Shown here one piece after another: positions 19,954-31,137 of a stretch of 64,000 bases of DNA. The notes below the pieces were generated by a model, which was given only the letters and a program-made list of their open reading frames with translations, did not search any database and was not told the DNA's origin. The position numbers and the translations under genes were made by a program. Within the stretch, counting starts at the first letter, position 1. Each line of letters opens with the position of its first letter. The stretch is from Sedimentisphaerales bacterium (GTDB taxonomy: Bacteria > Planctomycetota > Phycisphaerae > Sedimentisphaerales > Anaerobacaceae). The DNA lies in assembly GCA_963708075.1 (NCBI GenBank), contig OY970194.1, forward strand, positions 4,672,001-4,736,000, read 5' to 3'.

Positions 19954-20609
19954 ATGAATACGATCTGGTTGAAAATCGCCGCCGCGGCGGTCGCTGTCGT
20001 GATCGCCATCATCGTGGTAGGCAGATTCAGTTCGGACAAGCCGGCCCCTTCCGGGCCGGAAAAGCAGAAGACATTCTACGATATGGCCGACCGGGACAAG
20101 CAGTTCAACGAGCCGCCCAAGCCGGTCGAGGAGCCGCCGGCCCAGCCGGTGCAGGAGCCCGCTCCACAGCCTGCCCCGCAACCCGAGCCGCAGCCGGCGC
20201 CGCAACCGCCCGTTCAACAAACGACGCCGGTACCGACCATGGCGCAGTCCTGCCGGCGTGGTGTTTCCGAGCGACCTCACGGGTCCGACCAAGCTGTACT
20301 TCATGCCGATGAGCGAAGAGGACGATATCGCGGCTCAGCAAATCCTGCCCTATGCCACGGCCGGACGGAGCATCGGCCGGTTGCCGATCATGCAGTACGG
20401 CCTGATGAATAAGGCCTGTCTGCAGATCGAAGCGCTGGCCCGACAGTTGGTATGCGTTTCGGGCCAAGCAGATGTTCGAGGAGATCACCCAGTACTCCGA
20501 TCGCCATGCGGGGACCTACAAGATCACGCCGCAACGACTGGATATCAGCAGATTCATGAAGCCGAGGCAGGGCACGGAGCCCCGGACTGTGGAGCCCATC
20601 CGACGATGA
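19954..20609 (+). CDS. Membrane-anchored Pro-rich hypothetical protein (frameshifted in this sequence)
   Basis: AAGGAG RBS, N-terminal TM segment, PAPQ repeats; coding continues across frames to a TGA overlapping the next ATG. Confidence 0.55.
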
Positions 20610-21492
20610 CAGCAGATAATGGAATGATCCCCGTAATCTCGATCACCGCCGACTGCCTGCCCGAGGCGTGGGAGAAGGCGGTCCTGGCCGTCTGGGACCA
20701 GGGCCTGCGAGGTCAAGACCCAGTACGACAAACCCAACGATCCGCCGAGCAGGGATGCGACGGTCATGATCGCCGTCAGCAATCCGTTCAATGAGCCGCG
20801 GATCCATAAGAACTTCCCCGGCGGGCCCGAGGAGCTGGAGGCCTATCGCCAGGAGGTCGTCGACGGCATCCACGACCACTGGATCGACCCGGCCGCCGGC
20901 AAGTGGACGTATACGTACCACGAGAGGCTTTTCGCGTACCGTCCCGTCGAGGATCTGCGCAACGCCAAGGCTCGAAGCCGTTCCCGCCGGTCAACCAGAT
21001 CCAGTACATCATCGACTAGTCTCGCCGAGGCCGGTCACACCCGCCGGGCCCAGGCCGTCACCTGGATGCCCACGGCCGACCCACAGACGGATGATCCGCC
21101 CTGCCTGCAGCGGATCTGGTGCCGGCTCGTCGCGCGATGAGGCGGACGAATGGGTGCTGAACATGAACACCCACTGGCGCAGCCGCGACCTGTACAAGGC
21201 GTGGTTCATGAACGTCTACGCGCTGACCGACCTGCAGCGGACGATCGCCAAGGCGATTGCCGCCAAGCGGGGCGAGCCCGTGCACGTCGGCCGCTACGTC
21301 GATATCAGCGACTCGCTGCACATCTACGGCAGCTACTTCCGCGAGGCCGCCGTCGAAGTCGAGAAGATGCGAAAGACCCCGTTCACCCAGCGGGCCTGGG
21401 ACAGCAACGCATCCGGCCTTCGAGATGATGACCCAGGAAGCCCGGAGAAACTGGCCCAGGACCCCGACTGGTTCGCGAAGGCCCGAGGATGA
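20606..21492 (+). CDS. thyA: Thymidylate synthase-like protein, archaeal-type (frameshifted in this sequence)
   Basis: LPEAWEKAV, YTYHERLF, TRRAQAVTW, DPPCLQ, WRSRDL and DSLHIY motifs spread over several frames. Confidence 0.7.
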
Positions 21493-21582
21493 AAAGTGTG
21501 AAGTGTGATGTTTGACTGTTGATTCTTAAAATCAAACATCACAAATCAAAAATCAAACTCTCCACGACATCAGGAGCGGCTA

Positions 21583-22443
21583 ATGGCAATCGTCGTGAAT
21601 GGCGAACGAATTGAAGATCGTGACATTCAGCAGGAGGTGCAGCGGCTGCGGCCCAGCTACGAGCAGGCCTTCACCGGAACTGGACCCCGCCCGGCGGGAG
21701 GCCCAGCTCACTGAATGGTCGCAGGAGAACGTTATCGAGCGCGTCCTGCTTCGCCAGGAAGCGAAGAGCCAGCGGCACGGCGATCCCCGCCGCCGACATC
21801 GAAGCGGCCCTCGTCCGGCTCAAGGAGCAATACGAGAAACCGGAGGACCTGTACAAGGAATTCAACGTCGACAGCGACGACAAGATCAGCGAGATGATCG
21901 AGCTGCAGATGAAGGTGGAGCACAAGATCCGCGACATTTACGCGGAGGCGCCCGAGCCCTCCGAGAGCGAGATCGCCGAATACTACGAGCAGAACAAGGA
22001 GCAATTCAAGTCAGGCGAGCAGGTCCGCGTCGCCCACGTCGTCAAGTACGTCAACTGGCAGACGGACGAGGCCACGGCGACGGAGACCGTCACGCAGGCC
22101 CACGAGGAGGTCGCAGCGCGGCGCCCCGTTCGAAGCCGTCGTGGAGAAGTACACCGACTGCGCCGACAGCGGCGGCGACCTCGGGTACGTCATGCGGGGC
22201 CAGATGGTCGAGGAGTTCGAGGACGTGGTCTTCAACCTCAATCCCGGCCAGGTCAGCGACGTGTTCCGCTCGCGCTTCGGGTTCCACCTTGCCAAGGTCT
22301 ACGACCGCAAGCCGCCGACCATACCCGATCTCAAGGACGTCAAGAAGCAGATCACGGAAGCCGTGCACGAGCAAAAGAGAGAGCAGGCCCTCGGCGAATA
22401 CCTCGACCGGCTCCGAGGCAAGGCCGTCATCCAGGAAGCCTGA
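21583..22443 (+). CDS. PpiC/parvulin-type peptidyl-prolyl isomerase (frameshifted in this sequence)
   Basis: MAIVVNGERI, EQVRVAHVV, GGDLGYVMRGQMVEEFE, SRFGFHL. Confidence 0.8.
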
Positions 22444-22584
22444 GCGCCGGGGCGCCGATTGCGGATTTCGGAGTGCGGAATAGAGGTCGTGGCCGACACG
22501 CCCGTTCATCCGCTGTTCAGAAGAATTGGCAAGAAAATCGCCTTCCTGGATTTGCCTCCCGTGATTTCTATTGTAAATTTTCAT

Positions 22585-22811
22585 TGGGCGGGCAGGAAAA
22601 CGGGGTGGGCGAAAGCCCGGACCCGTGCCCAGCCCTGCAAAGAGATGTCCCGGGCAGGACCGGGACCTCTTGGGAGGAGCACGACTCCAGGCCCACTTGC
22701 GAACGCATACTCGGATTGGATAACGTCACAAGCACGAATTCTATTTGGGGGGGCTGTGTGAATATCTTTCCGAGTAGCCTCTGCATCCCCTGATGCAGAG
22801 GCCTTTTTTTT
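22585..22811 (+). ncRNA. Candidate standalone structured RNA of about 225 nt
   Basis: Upstream TTGCCT-N16-TAAATT, several nested helices, ends in a terminator, no credible ORF. Confidence 0.45.
22778..22811 (+). terminator. Intrinsic terminator
   Basis: GCCTCTGCATC-CCCT-GATGCAGAGGC followed by a T-run. Confidence 0.85.
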
Positions 22812-22882
22812 GCGCATGACGTCAGCGCCATCCGCGGACAACCTGCTGAAACGGGTTCAACGTGGTGCGTCACTGCGGATTG

Positions 22883-24031
22883 TCATAGTTGCGCCTTGTC
22901 GAGGCGCTTAATGAAGGACGGCTTGCGCGTATGGGCGAGGCGGACGGCCTCCAGCCTCATGCGGAACTGGCGGTCCGTCCCTTCCCTCTGGGCGAGGTCC
23001 CTCAGGTCAATGAGCAGCTTCACGGCCTCATCGTAGCTCTTCGGCTGCGTCTCAGCGATCAGGCGGTCGATCCGGGCCCAAAGCTGCGGCTGGCGGCCTG
23101 CGATCTCATCGAGGCGCTTCGCCCGAGCGGCCGCGGCCTCGCGCTGCCGACGTGCCGCTTCCTCTGCGCGTTCCCTGGCCTTGGCTTGCCGCCACCGCTC
23201 CTGTTGCGCTTGAGCGGCCTGGAGCAGCTCGCCCACGGTCCGCCGAGGAGCAGGTTTCTCCAGGCCGTGCCCGGTGTCCTCGCGGTCCTTGCGGAAACGC
23301 TGAAGCAGTTCCGCCGCAAGCGCCGGGTCTTGATCGACGATGAGCTTGGCGAGCATATCGTCTTTCTCTGCAACGGACAGCCCAGCCACCCAGGCACGGG
23401 CCCCATCATGTGACGGTTGTGTTTCGTCCACCTCGGCACTGGCCTGGGCGGCTGCATGAAGCAGGTGTTCATCGATGCGCAGGAATGAAACGAGGCTCTC
23501 CAGCGGTTCGCTGAGCTGCCCGAGCCCGGGCGGCACGGCCGACTCGGTGTCCTCATCGTCCAGCTCGCCGTGTTGTACGCACAGCAGCCACCCGATGTAC
23601 AGCGCGCGCAGGTCGCCGCGAGCCAGCTCCGCGCGCACGGGCAGCACCGGCGAAATGATGCCGTCACCCTCTACCCAGTCCCACTCACCCTCTTCCTCGG
23701 AGACGAAGGAGACAATCGTATTGCCTCCGCTCTCCCAGGCGTAGGCACTATCGCCGACACAGTACTCCCGGGCTGTCTCGAGATCGAGCAGTCGTGAGGA
23801 CAGTCGCAGCTTGAGAACCTGGGTACCCCAGTTGGCCACGTAGATGAACACATCGAAGTATTTCTCCATCCATGCGTCCTCGTTGCCTTTGAATTGGCCC
23901 CAGGAATAGTCATTGATGAAGCTGGTCCGCGTGATCCGGGCGCGCGTCGAATACGAGCGCAGCTCACTCATCTGCTTGTCAGTCAGCGGCCGATCAATGG
24001 CCTGAAACTCATAGTATTGGTACTCGCTCAT
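22883..24031 (-). CDS. Hypothetical protein (N-terminus MSEYQYYEFQAIDRPL)
   Basis: 382-aa ORF with host-like codon usage; function not recognisable. Confidence 0.75.
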   Translation of the reverse strand: MSEYQYYEFQAIDRPLTDKQMSELRSYSTRARITRTSFINDYSWGQFKGNEDAWMEKYFDVFIYVANWGTQVLKLRLSSRLLDLETAREYCVGDSAYAWESGGNTIVSFVSEEEGEWDWVEGDGIISPVLPVRAELARGDLRALYIGWLLCVQHGELDDEDTESAVPPGLGQLSEPLESLVSFLRIDEHLLHAAAQASAEVDETQPSHDGARAWVAGLSVAEKDDMLAKLIVDQDPALAAELLQRFRKDREDTGHGLEKPAPRRTVGELLQAAQAQQERWRQAKARERAEEAARRQREAAAARAKRLDEIAGRQPQLWARIDRLIAETQPKSYDEAVKLLIDLRDLAQREGTDRQFRMRLEAVRLAHTRKPSFIKRLDKAQL

Positions 24032-24217
24032 CTGTCTGAGTACTCCCGTCCTATGGCGTGCCTCATTTCATCGCATTTCGCACAACGCCCCAGCTTGTGT
24101 CGGTCGATTTCTTCGATGCATGAGGCATATTATAGGACATATGCTTGTATTGATCCAACCTTTCGGACGACGAAGGATAGTATGGTATAATGGTACTATC
24201 TTGCTATTCATTCAGGT

Positions 24218-25522
24218 ATGGCAATGGGTGAGCAGGCCCAATTGACAGAATTGTTGACGTCAGAGAAGTTCGCACGGATCGAAGGGGTGTTTCGCAGGCA
24301 CTTTCAGCTTGGCCTGGAGACCACCGGCGGCGACGGCGAACGAATCGAGGGCCTGTGCAGCGGCGATTGTGAGCCCGAGTTCTGCCGGCTCGTGCAAGCC
24401 GGCGCGCAGGGGCGGACTCGGTGCATCGCCGAGCGGAGGCGGGCGGTGGAGATCGCCGCCGAAACGGGACAGTCCTTCATCACGATCTGCCACGCGGGGA
24501 TCGTGCTGGTCTGCGTGCCGGTGGTGGACCGGGACAGGGTCCACGGCGGGATCTTCTTCGGCAAGTGCCTGTGGGAGCCGGCCACCCAGATCGTGGGCGG
24601 GGACATCGAGCGGAAGCTGCAAAGCATTGTTGCGAGGCAGGACGAGATCAGCCGGGCGATCGAGATACTGCCCGTCGTGCGCGGCCGGCAAATCCACAGG
24701 GCAGCCGAGTTCCTCTTCGACCTGCTCTACGAGGTCGGCGGGTTCGATGCCCGGGTGATCCGCTGGCGGCGGGAACGTGCAGAGCAGCAATCGGAAATCG
24801 GCGAGTTCATCCAGGAGCACAAGAAGCTCGGGGCGAAGTGGCAGTACCCGCTGGAGAGCGAGCGGGCGCTGCTCCAGAAGGTCAAGATCGGCGACCGGAC
24901 GGGGGCCAAGGAGATCCTCAACTCGATCCTCGGGACCATCCTCTTCAAGGATATTGGCGACCTGGGCATTCTCAAGGTCCGGCTGCTGGAGTTGCTGAGC
25001 GTGCTGAGCCGCTCGGCGGTCGAAGGCGGCGTCGATGTCGATGTCATGCTCGAGAAGAACCTCGCGTACGTCAACAAGTTGATGCAGATCGGCAACCAGG
25101 AGGACCTATGCGCGTGGATCAGTGCGGCCCTGAATGAGTTCCTGGAGCTGGTGTACTCGTCGCAGGACGCGAGGAAGATCACGCAGGTGACGCCGGCGAT
25201 CAACTACATCGACGCGAACTACGACAAGCCGATCACGCTGGCCGAGATCGCCCGCGCGTCGCACCTGAGCGCATCGCGCCTCGCCCACATTTTCAAGGAG
25301 CAGATGGGAATCACACTGATCGATTACCTGACCAGCGTGCGAATCGAGCAAGCCAAGGAGTTGCTGTTAGCCACTGATCAGAGCTGCACAGAAATCTGCT
25401 TCCAGGTCGGCTACAACAACCAGAGCTACTTCACGCGAACGTTCAAGTCCGTAGTGGGCATGACCCCCCGGCGATTCCGAATCCAAAACCGCCGCGGCCC
25501 CACGACGGTCCAAGGCTCCTAA
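24218..25522 (+). CDS. AraC-family regulator with PocR-type sensor domain
   Basis: N-terminal FC...C...CHAG motif; C-terminal AraC HTH (VGYNNQSYFTRTFK..GMTP). Confidence 0.85.
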   Translation: MAMGEQAQLTELLTSEKFARIEGVFRRHFQLGLETTGGDGERIEGLCSGDCEPEFCRLVQAGAQGRTRCIAERRRAVEIAAETGQSFITICHAGIVLVCVPVVDRDRVHGGIFFGKCLWEPATQIVGGDIERKLQSIVARQDEISRAIEILPVVRGRQIHRAAEFLFDLLYEVGGFDARVIRWRRERAEQQSEIGEFIQEHKKLGAKWQYPLESERALLQKVKIGDRTGAKEILNSILGTILFKDIGDLGILKVRLLELLSVLSRSAVEGGVDVDVMLEKNLAYVNKLMQIGNQEDLCAWISAALNEFLELVYSSQDARKITQVTPAINYIDANYDKPITLAEIARASHLSASRLAHIFKEQMGITLIDYLTSVRIEQAKELLLATDQSCTEICFQVGYNNQSYFTRTFKSVVGMTPRRFRIQNRRGPTTVQGS

Positions 25523-25667
25523 AGACCGCTGAACAGGTTGTTCAGGATGTGCGTCAGTGTGCTCGCGGCGACGGACCTGCTCCTGTACGCGACGAGGCCC
25601 AGGACCCAGGCGACATACAGGAAGCATGCGAAGGCAAGCGTGCGTTTCAGCGCATGGCGAGACTCGT

Positions 25668-27248
25668 TCACAACAGCGGTTTTCGCTTCTTGTCCCAGCG
25701 TTCGCGGAGCCGTATGGAATCCAGGCCGACGTACTTGCCTTTGGCAAGCGCGTTGCGGCCGACGCATTCCAGGCGCAGCGTGTGCTTGCCGGGAGTGAGC
25801 TTGAAACTGCCCAGGTAATTCTCCCTGACCTGGAGGGTCGGCGAGTAGAAATCGTAGTCCGCGACCTTCTGGCCCACCATGTAGTCGGCAGGCTCGTGGA
25901 CGTTCTTGCCGTCGAGGAAGACGCGGTACGTGCCGTACTCCTCGCCGTAGCTGAATCGCAGGATCAGGCCGCGATATTCCTCCTTCTCGACCTGGAACTC
26001 GACTTCCAGGACGGGCCGGTCGTCGGCGGGCATGAACAAGAGCTGGCCGTCACCGGTCCAGTCGTAACCTTTTTGCAGCTCCACCGCCCCGGGTGAATGC
26101 TTTGCGGTCGGCAGCAGTGTTTTGCCTTCGATGGTGATGTCCAGGTTGGGCAGGAGCCGCTGGGCGAGGGGCGGCAGCTTCGTGAATCGCTTGGGCTGTC
26201 CCACCTGATACCAGAAGGCGACGGTCGCCATGTCATCCTCACGCTCGACGTGCCCCTCGACCTTGCCGGTGGTCGTCTCGTCCTCCGTGATCCAGCCGGT
26301 GTGCTCGATCTCGAATCGCAGGGACTTCGTGAATCGCACCGGATCGGCGATATGCCAGCGATAAAGGCAATATTCCGTGCCGAGGTTCTCGAAGTCCGTG
26401 CTCATGTACGTACAGCCGTAATAGGGATAGAGGCTCTCGTTGAGACCCCAGGCCATCAGGAAGTAGTCCTCGGTGCCCGTGCCTTGGATCGTAGGTTTCT
26501 TGTCACCGTCCACGTAGAACTTGGCATCGCCTTCTCCGAACCAGAAGGGGCTGCGCGAGCGAGCGGACATGACGGTTCCGACATAGTGGCCTTCGCCTTC
26601 AGCATCGAGGATAAGGTAATCCCGGCCGGTCTTTTCCGGGAATTCGTTGCGGTATTGCGCACAGAAGTAGGCGGTCTTCTCGCCAAGGCTCTCGCCATCG
26701 GTGTAGTCAACGTGATAATAGAAGCTGCGGACGTTCTTCTGGCCTTCGTTCGTTACGGTGATGAGTCCGCGCTTGTGGAAGGGCATCGGCCAGTAGCAGT
26801 TGTAGCCGTCGCCGCTTTCGACCTGGACGGGAACGGAGCGGATCTCTCGCCGCAGCCCAAATCCGGCGCCGAAGAAGTCCCCCAGCGGGGCTTCGACCGC
26901 AGGATCTTTGCCGTCGTCCCAATACATGCGCAGGACGATCTCGTCCGGTCGGGCGGAGCCGCCGGCCTCAAGCCAGTTGGGCCGGGCCTCGTTGAACGTC
27001 AGCCAGATGTGGCGGATGACGGCCGGCCCCTTGATGTCAGCGAGGACTTTCGTCTCGCCCGGGGTAACGTACCGGGTCCTGTCGGCGTTGCTGTTCGGGT
27101 CGGGGTCGGCCGAAGTCACCGCCCGCGACCGGCCGGGCCTGGTCTGCGCAAGGCCCGACAAATCCTGGGCCGGCGTTGATGAGGCCAGACCCGCCACGAA
27201 CACGACAGATAGCACGAGGACAATCCTCTCTCTCGATGGTCTGATCAT
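25668..27248 (-). CDS. DUF2961 / GH172-like secreted glycoside hydrolase
   Basis: GPAVIRHIWLT, APLGDFFG, NCYWPMPF, WFGEGD, GTGTEDYF, YRWHIADPVRF. Confidence 0.85.
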   Translation of the reverse strand: MIRPSRERIVLVLSVVFVAGLASSTPAQDLSGLAQTRPGRSRAVTSADPDPNSNADRTRYVTPGETKVLADIKGPAVIRHIWLTFNEARPNWLEAGGSARPDEIVLRMYWDDGKDPAVEAPLGDFFGAGFGLRREIRSVPVQVESGDGYNCYWPMPFHKRGLITVTNEGQKNVRSFYYHVDYTDGESLGEKTAYFCAQYRNEFPEKTGRDYLILDAEGEGHYVGTVMSARSRSPFWFGEGDAKFYVDGDKKPTIQGTGTEDYFLMAWGLNESLYPYYGCTYMSTDFENLGTEYCLYRWHIADPVRFTKSLRFEIEHTGWITEDETTTGKVEGHVEREDDMATVAFWYQVGQPKRFTKLPPLAQRLLPNLDITIEGKTLLPTAKHSPGAVELQKGYDWTGDGQLLFMPADDRPVLEVEFQVEKEEYRGLILRFSYGEEYGTYRVFLDGKNVHEPADYMVGQKVADYDFYSPTLQVRENYLGSFKLTPGKHTLRLECVGRNALAKGKYVGLDSIRLRERWDKKRKPLL

Positions 27249-27415
27249 ATTCTCCCCTTCGTCCAAAGCAGATTGATGTCAAGTTCTCATTTTACAGGGT
27301 GGCTCTTAGCCATCCGACAACTCCAATTGCTCTCCCGGGCACCGCCGCCATTGTAGTCCGGAGTCAGCGGGAAGTGAAACGCTGATATGTCCCGGGCAAT
27401 GTGTATGCTGCAGCC

Positions 27416-27507
27416 GGGTGGCACCGCCAAGCTCGTTTGACGGTGCTGATTCGATAGAGCCTGACCACTCGAAGCCCCACGGGCAAACGAGTTTACCCGT
27501 GCCACCC
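27416..27507. repeat. 92-bp REP-doublet (REPIN-like) element
   Basis: Ends GGGTGGCAC / GTGCCACCC; closely similar copy at 35343-35435. Confidence 0.85.
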
Positions 27508-27556
27508 AGAGATTTGGATTGGCCATCAGAGACTCAATTACGAGCGAGGGTCCAGG

Positions 27557-28980
27557 TCACCACATGGGGAATCGACTGCACAGGTCGCGCACCTGCTCGG
27601 TGGTTTCCTCACGGAAGGAGTCGTCGAGGTGGTAGTCGGTTTCGCTGCGGATCTCGACATGTGTCAGGACGCTGTCCACGAGGTGCGCAACAGGCTCCAT
27701 CTGGGCGGGACCCATGCCGTTGCGGGTGACGATCGGCGTGCCCAGTCGCATGCCGCTGGTGATTCGCGGGCTCTGCGTGTCGTAAGGCAGCCAGTTCATG
27801 TTGACGATGATGCCGCAATCTTCGAGGCATTTCTGCGTGATCAGGCCGGTCATGCCCGGGCGGAAGTGGGCCACGTTGGCCAGGAACAGGTGGTTGTCCG
27901 TTCCGCCGGTGAGGATGTCGTAGCCGAGGTCGTGGAACTGCTGCGCGAGGGCCTTGGCGTTCTCGACGATCCTGAACTGCCGGGACTTGTACTCAGGGGA
28001 GAGGATCTCCTTGAAGAAGACAGCCTTGGCGGCGATGTTGTTGAGGTATGGCGTGCCCTGGAAGCCTGGGAACGTGGTCTTCTCGATCCGCTCCCACAGT
28101 GGCACGGCCTTCTTGCCCACCTGGACGGGCATATCGAAATCCCGGCCCATGACGATCAGCCCGCCGCGAGGGCCGCCGGGCTTGTAGGTGCTCGTCGTCG
28201 TGAAATGGGCGTGATCCACGGGCGAAGGGTGCACGCCCGGCGATTACCAGGCCCGAGATGTGCGAGATGTCGGCCATGAGGTACGCGCCGACCTCATCGG
28301 CAATGTCGCGGAACTGCGCGAAGTCGATCGTCCGGGAGTACGCGCTGGTCGCCGCAGATGATCAGTCTTCGGCTGGAACCGCCGGGCCTGCTCGCGGATG
28401 GCGTCGTAGTCCAGCAGGAAGGTGTTCGGATCGACGCGAGTACTGCTCGACCTCGAAGAACTTGCCGGCAAAGGAGACCCTGGCTCCGTGCGAGACGTGG
28501 CCGCCCTGATCCATGGCTCAGGCTCAGGATGCGGTCGCCGCTTTCGAGCAGGGCCACGAGGAGGATCTGGTTGGCCCCGGTGCCGGAATGAGGTTGCACG
28601 TTGGCGTGGCGGGCCTGGAAGGCTTCTTTGGCCCTGCTGATGGCGAGAGTCTCGAGGCAGTCCACGATCTCGCAGCCGCCGTGGAAGCGGGCGCCGGCGA
28701 ATCCTTCGGTGGTCTTGTTCTGGACGACCGACCCGAGCGCCGCCAGGACGGCTCGCGAGCAATGGCTTTCGGCTGCGATGAGCTGCAGCGTGGTCCGCTG
28801 CCGATCGTACTCCCTGCCGATGAGGCGGTACACCTCTTCATCGCAGTGTGCCAGGGTGCCCAACAAGCCGTCATGGTAGTCGTCGCTGGTCAATGGCCTC
28901 GGTCGCATCGGTACGATGACCTCATGGACCTGCTTGTGAATACCGTTCAACACGTCGCCAGGGTGCGCGTTTGCCAACAT
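27557..28980 (-). CDS. glyA: Serine hydroxymethyltransferase-like protein, divergent (frameshifted in this sequence)
   Basis: [40 protein letters not shown]-Lys motif reads TSTYK. Confidence 0.75.
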
Positions 28981-29058
28981 GCCCTTTGACTCCTTTCAAA
29001 GGCCGGAACAGTCAATTCCACCGCTACCGTTCTTCACATTATCGGCAACCGCACCGGT

Positions 29059-31137
29059 TTAACTGAAGAAAGTCCGGACGATGTCATTGAAAGTGACGTA
29101 CACCAGGAGCGCAAGAACCATCGCCCAGCCCGCGTAGGCAACAACGCCCTGGGCCCGCTCGCTCAAGGCGGTGCCGCGGATCTTTTCAATGATCATCAGT
29201 ACGACCAACCCACCGTCGAAAGGAGGGATGGGCAAGAAGTTCAGTACGGCGATTGTGGCGCTGATCAGGCCGAGGAAGTAGGCATAATTGACCAGCGGCT
29301 GCTCTTTTACGATCTGGTAGCTGAACGTAATGATGCCGACGGGGCCCATCAGGTACTTCGGACTGATCAACCCGCTGAGGAGCTGCTTGAGCGTGACGTA
29401 GGTTTGTGCGATGAACATCACGGTCCTGCGGTATCCCATGCCGAGCGCATCGAGCGGCCCGATGGCTTGGTACAGCTTCTCCAGGTTCATGAAAGGCACC
29501 GCCTCGGACAGCTTCGGCTCGACCCCGACAATCTGCTGGGCCAGCTTCAGAGTAACCCCGCCCTCCGTCTGCCCGTCGAGCTGGTAGCGCAGGGTGACCT
29601 CCTGATTGCCCCACTGGCGCACCTCGCGGACAACGTCATAGAAGCTCGAAACCGGCTTGTCATTGACGCTGACGATCCTTGCTCCGCGAGGTATCTCCAG
29701 CGCGGGAGCGCCATCCACAGAGATTGTATTGGCGACAATCGCGTGCTGCGCATCGAGCGCGGGCGCGAAGCCGATCACGATGCGGCTGGTGTCGCGCTCC
29801 TGCTTCGGAGTCACCGTAATCGCCAGTGTCTGTTCCACGCCATTGGCATCCATTCGCAAGACCGTCAGCGGCAAGGGCGTGCCCTCGTGTGTTTCAGTAA
29901 TGTCGCGAAGCTCCTTGTAGGTGGGGTTTTGGAGGTCCGCCGCCGCGAGGATAATATCGTCGACACGGAGGCGCTGTGCCGGCTCCGCTCCATCTTTGGC
30001 CTTAGCCGCGGGGGCAGCGGCGACGCCCGCGACACGAAGGCGGGGGACCATCGAGTACACCTGACTCAGATCCGCGTTCGTCTCAATCTCGCCGTTCTTG
30101 GCCGCCGGCCAATCGAGAGGCAGTTCGGTCTGAATTCGCTCGGCGCCGTCGGCTGCCTGACGCTCGGCCGTGATCTTGATCGTGGGGGTGAACATCTGCC
30201 CCACGACGCTGTCGAACTCCCAGATGTGCGAGACGTCTGTGCCATCCACGGCTACGATGCGATCTCCGGGACGCAGCTTGGTTCGCTCCTCCAGTATCTC
30301 AGACTGCTCGATCGGGGCGATCTTCAGGCTGCGCGGCGGAATGATGCCAAACTCGCGAAGCGAGGTTCCCGCCGACCCCTTGGCGACCAACTGCTTCTTC
30401 TCGATGGTGCCGTCCTGATGGCGGACTGTTACCGGCACCACTTCCCCGATATCGGATAGCGCCGAGGCAATCAAAATGCTGCTGAAATCCAGGTCCTTGT
30501 TCATGCCGTCGATTTCGATGACCTCGTCGCCCGGCTTGAGGCCGGCCTTGGCCGCGGGCGAGCCCACAGCGACCCCTCCGACGACAGGGGGCATCAACTC
30601 GATGCCCACCAGAAAGACGACCATGAAGATCAAGGCGGCACTGATGACGTTGAAGGTTACACCCGCCGCGATTACGGCGATGCGGGTACTGATGGGCTTA
30701 CGGGCAAAGGACCGTGGATCGTCAACCTGTTTCACCGGGCCGGTGTCTTCCTGGCCCAGGAGCTTGACGTAGCCTCCGAACGGAAAGACGCCGATGCGAT
30801 ACTCCGTCTCCTCGGGCGGTTCCTCCGGCTCTTCGTTCTTGCCTGCGGTGAAACTGGGCAGGACCCGGAACTTGAACCCGGCCTTCGTCTTGCGGATTCC
30901 CAGGAGCGTCGGGGGCATGAAGATGGAGAAGGCCTCGACCTTGATCCCGCCCAGCTTGGCGATGATGAAATGGCCGAACTCGTGCACCAGCACGACGGCG
31001 CCGAAGCCGAGCAGAACGACAATCACATTGCTGACTACCCCGATGTTCCGCGCGATCAAATAGACCACCACCCCGGCGACCGCCACCCAGAACACACCAT
31101 TGAATAGTCTCATCCGTGTCTTTGCCGTATCCGTCAT
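29059..31137 (-). CDS. rseP: RIP metalloprotease with multiple PDZ domains
   Basis: HEFGH, PFGGYVKL, NFLPIPPFDGG; lies downstream of dxr. Confidence 0.9.
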   Translation of the reverse strand: MTDTAKTRMRLFNGVFWVAVAGVVVYLIARNIGVVSNVIVVLLGFGAVVLVHEFGHFIIAKLGGIKVEAFSIFMPPTLLGIRKTKAGFKFRVLPSFTAGKNEEPEEPPEETEYRIGVFPFGGYVKLLGQEDTGPVKQVDDPRSFARKPISTRIAVIAAGVTFNVISAALIFMVVFLVGIELMPPVVGGVAVGSPAAKAGLKPGDEVIEIDGMNKDLDFSSILIASALSDIGEVVPVTVRHQDGTIEKKQLVAKGSAGTSLREFGIIPPRSLKIAPIEQSEILEERTKLRPGDRIVAVDGTDVSHIWEFDSVVGQMFTPTIKITAERQAADGAERIQTELPLDWPAAKNGEIETNADLSQVYSMVPRLRVAGVAAAPAAKAKDGAEPAQRLRVDDIILAAADLQNPTYKELRDITETHEGTPLPLTVLRMDANGVEQTLAITVTPKQERDTSRIVIGFAPALDAQHAIVANTISVDGAPALEIPRGARIVSVNDKPVSSFYDVVREVRQWGNQEVTLRYQLDGQTEGGVTLKLAQQIVGVEPKLSEAVPFMNLEKLYQAIGPLDALGMGYRRTVMFIAQTYVTLKQLLSGLISPKYLMGPVGIITFSYQIVKEQPLVNYAYFLGLISATIAVLNFLPIPPFDGGLVVLMIIEKIRGTALSERAQGVVAYAGWAMVLALLVYVTFNDIVRTFFS

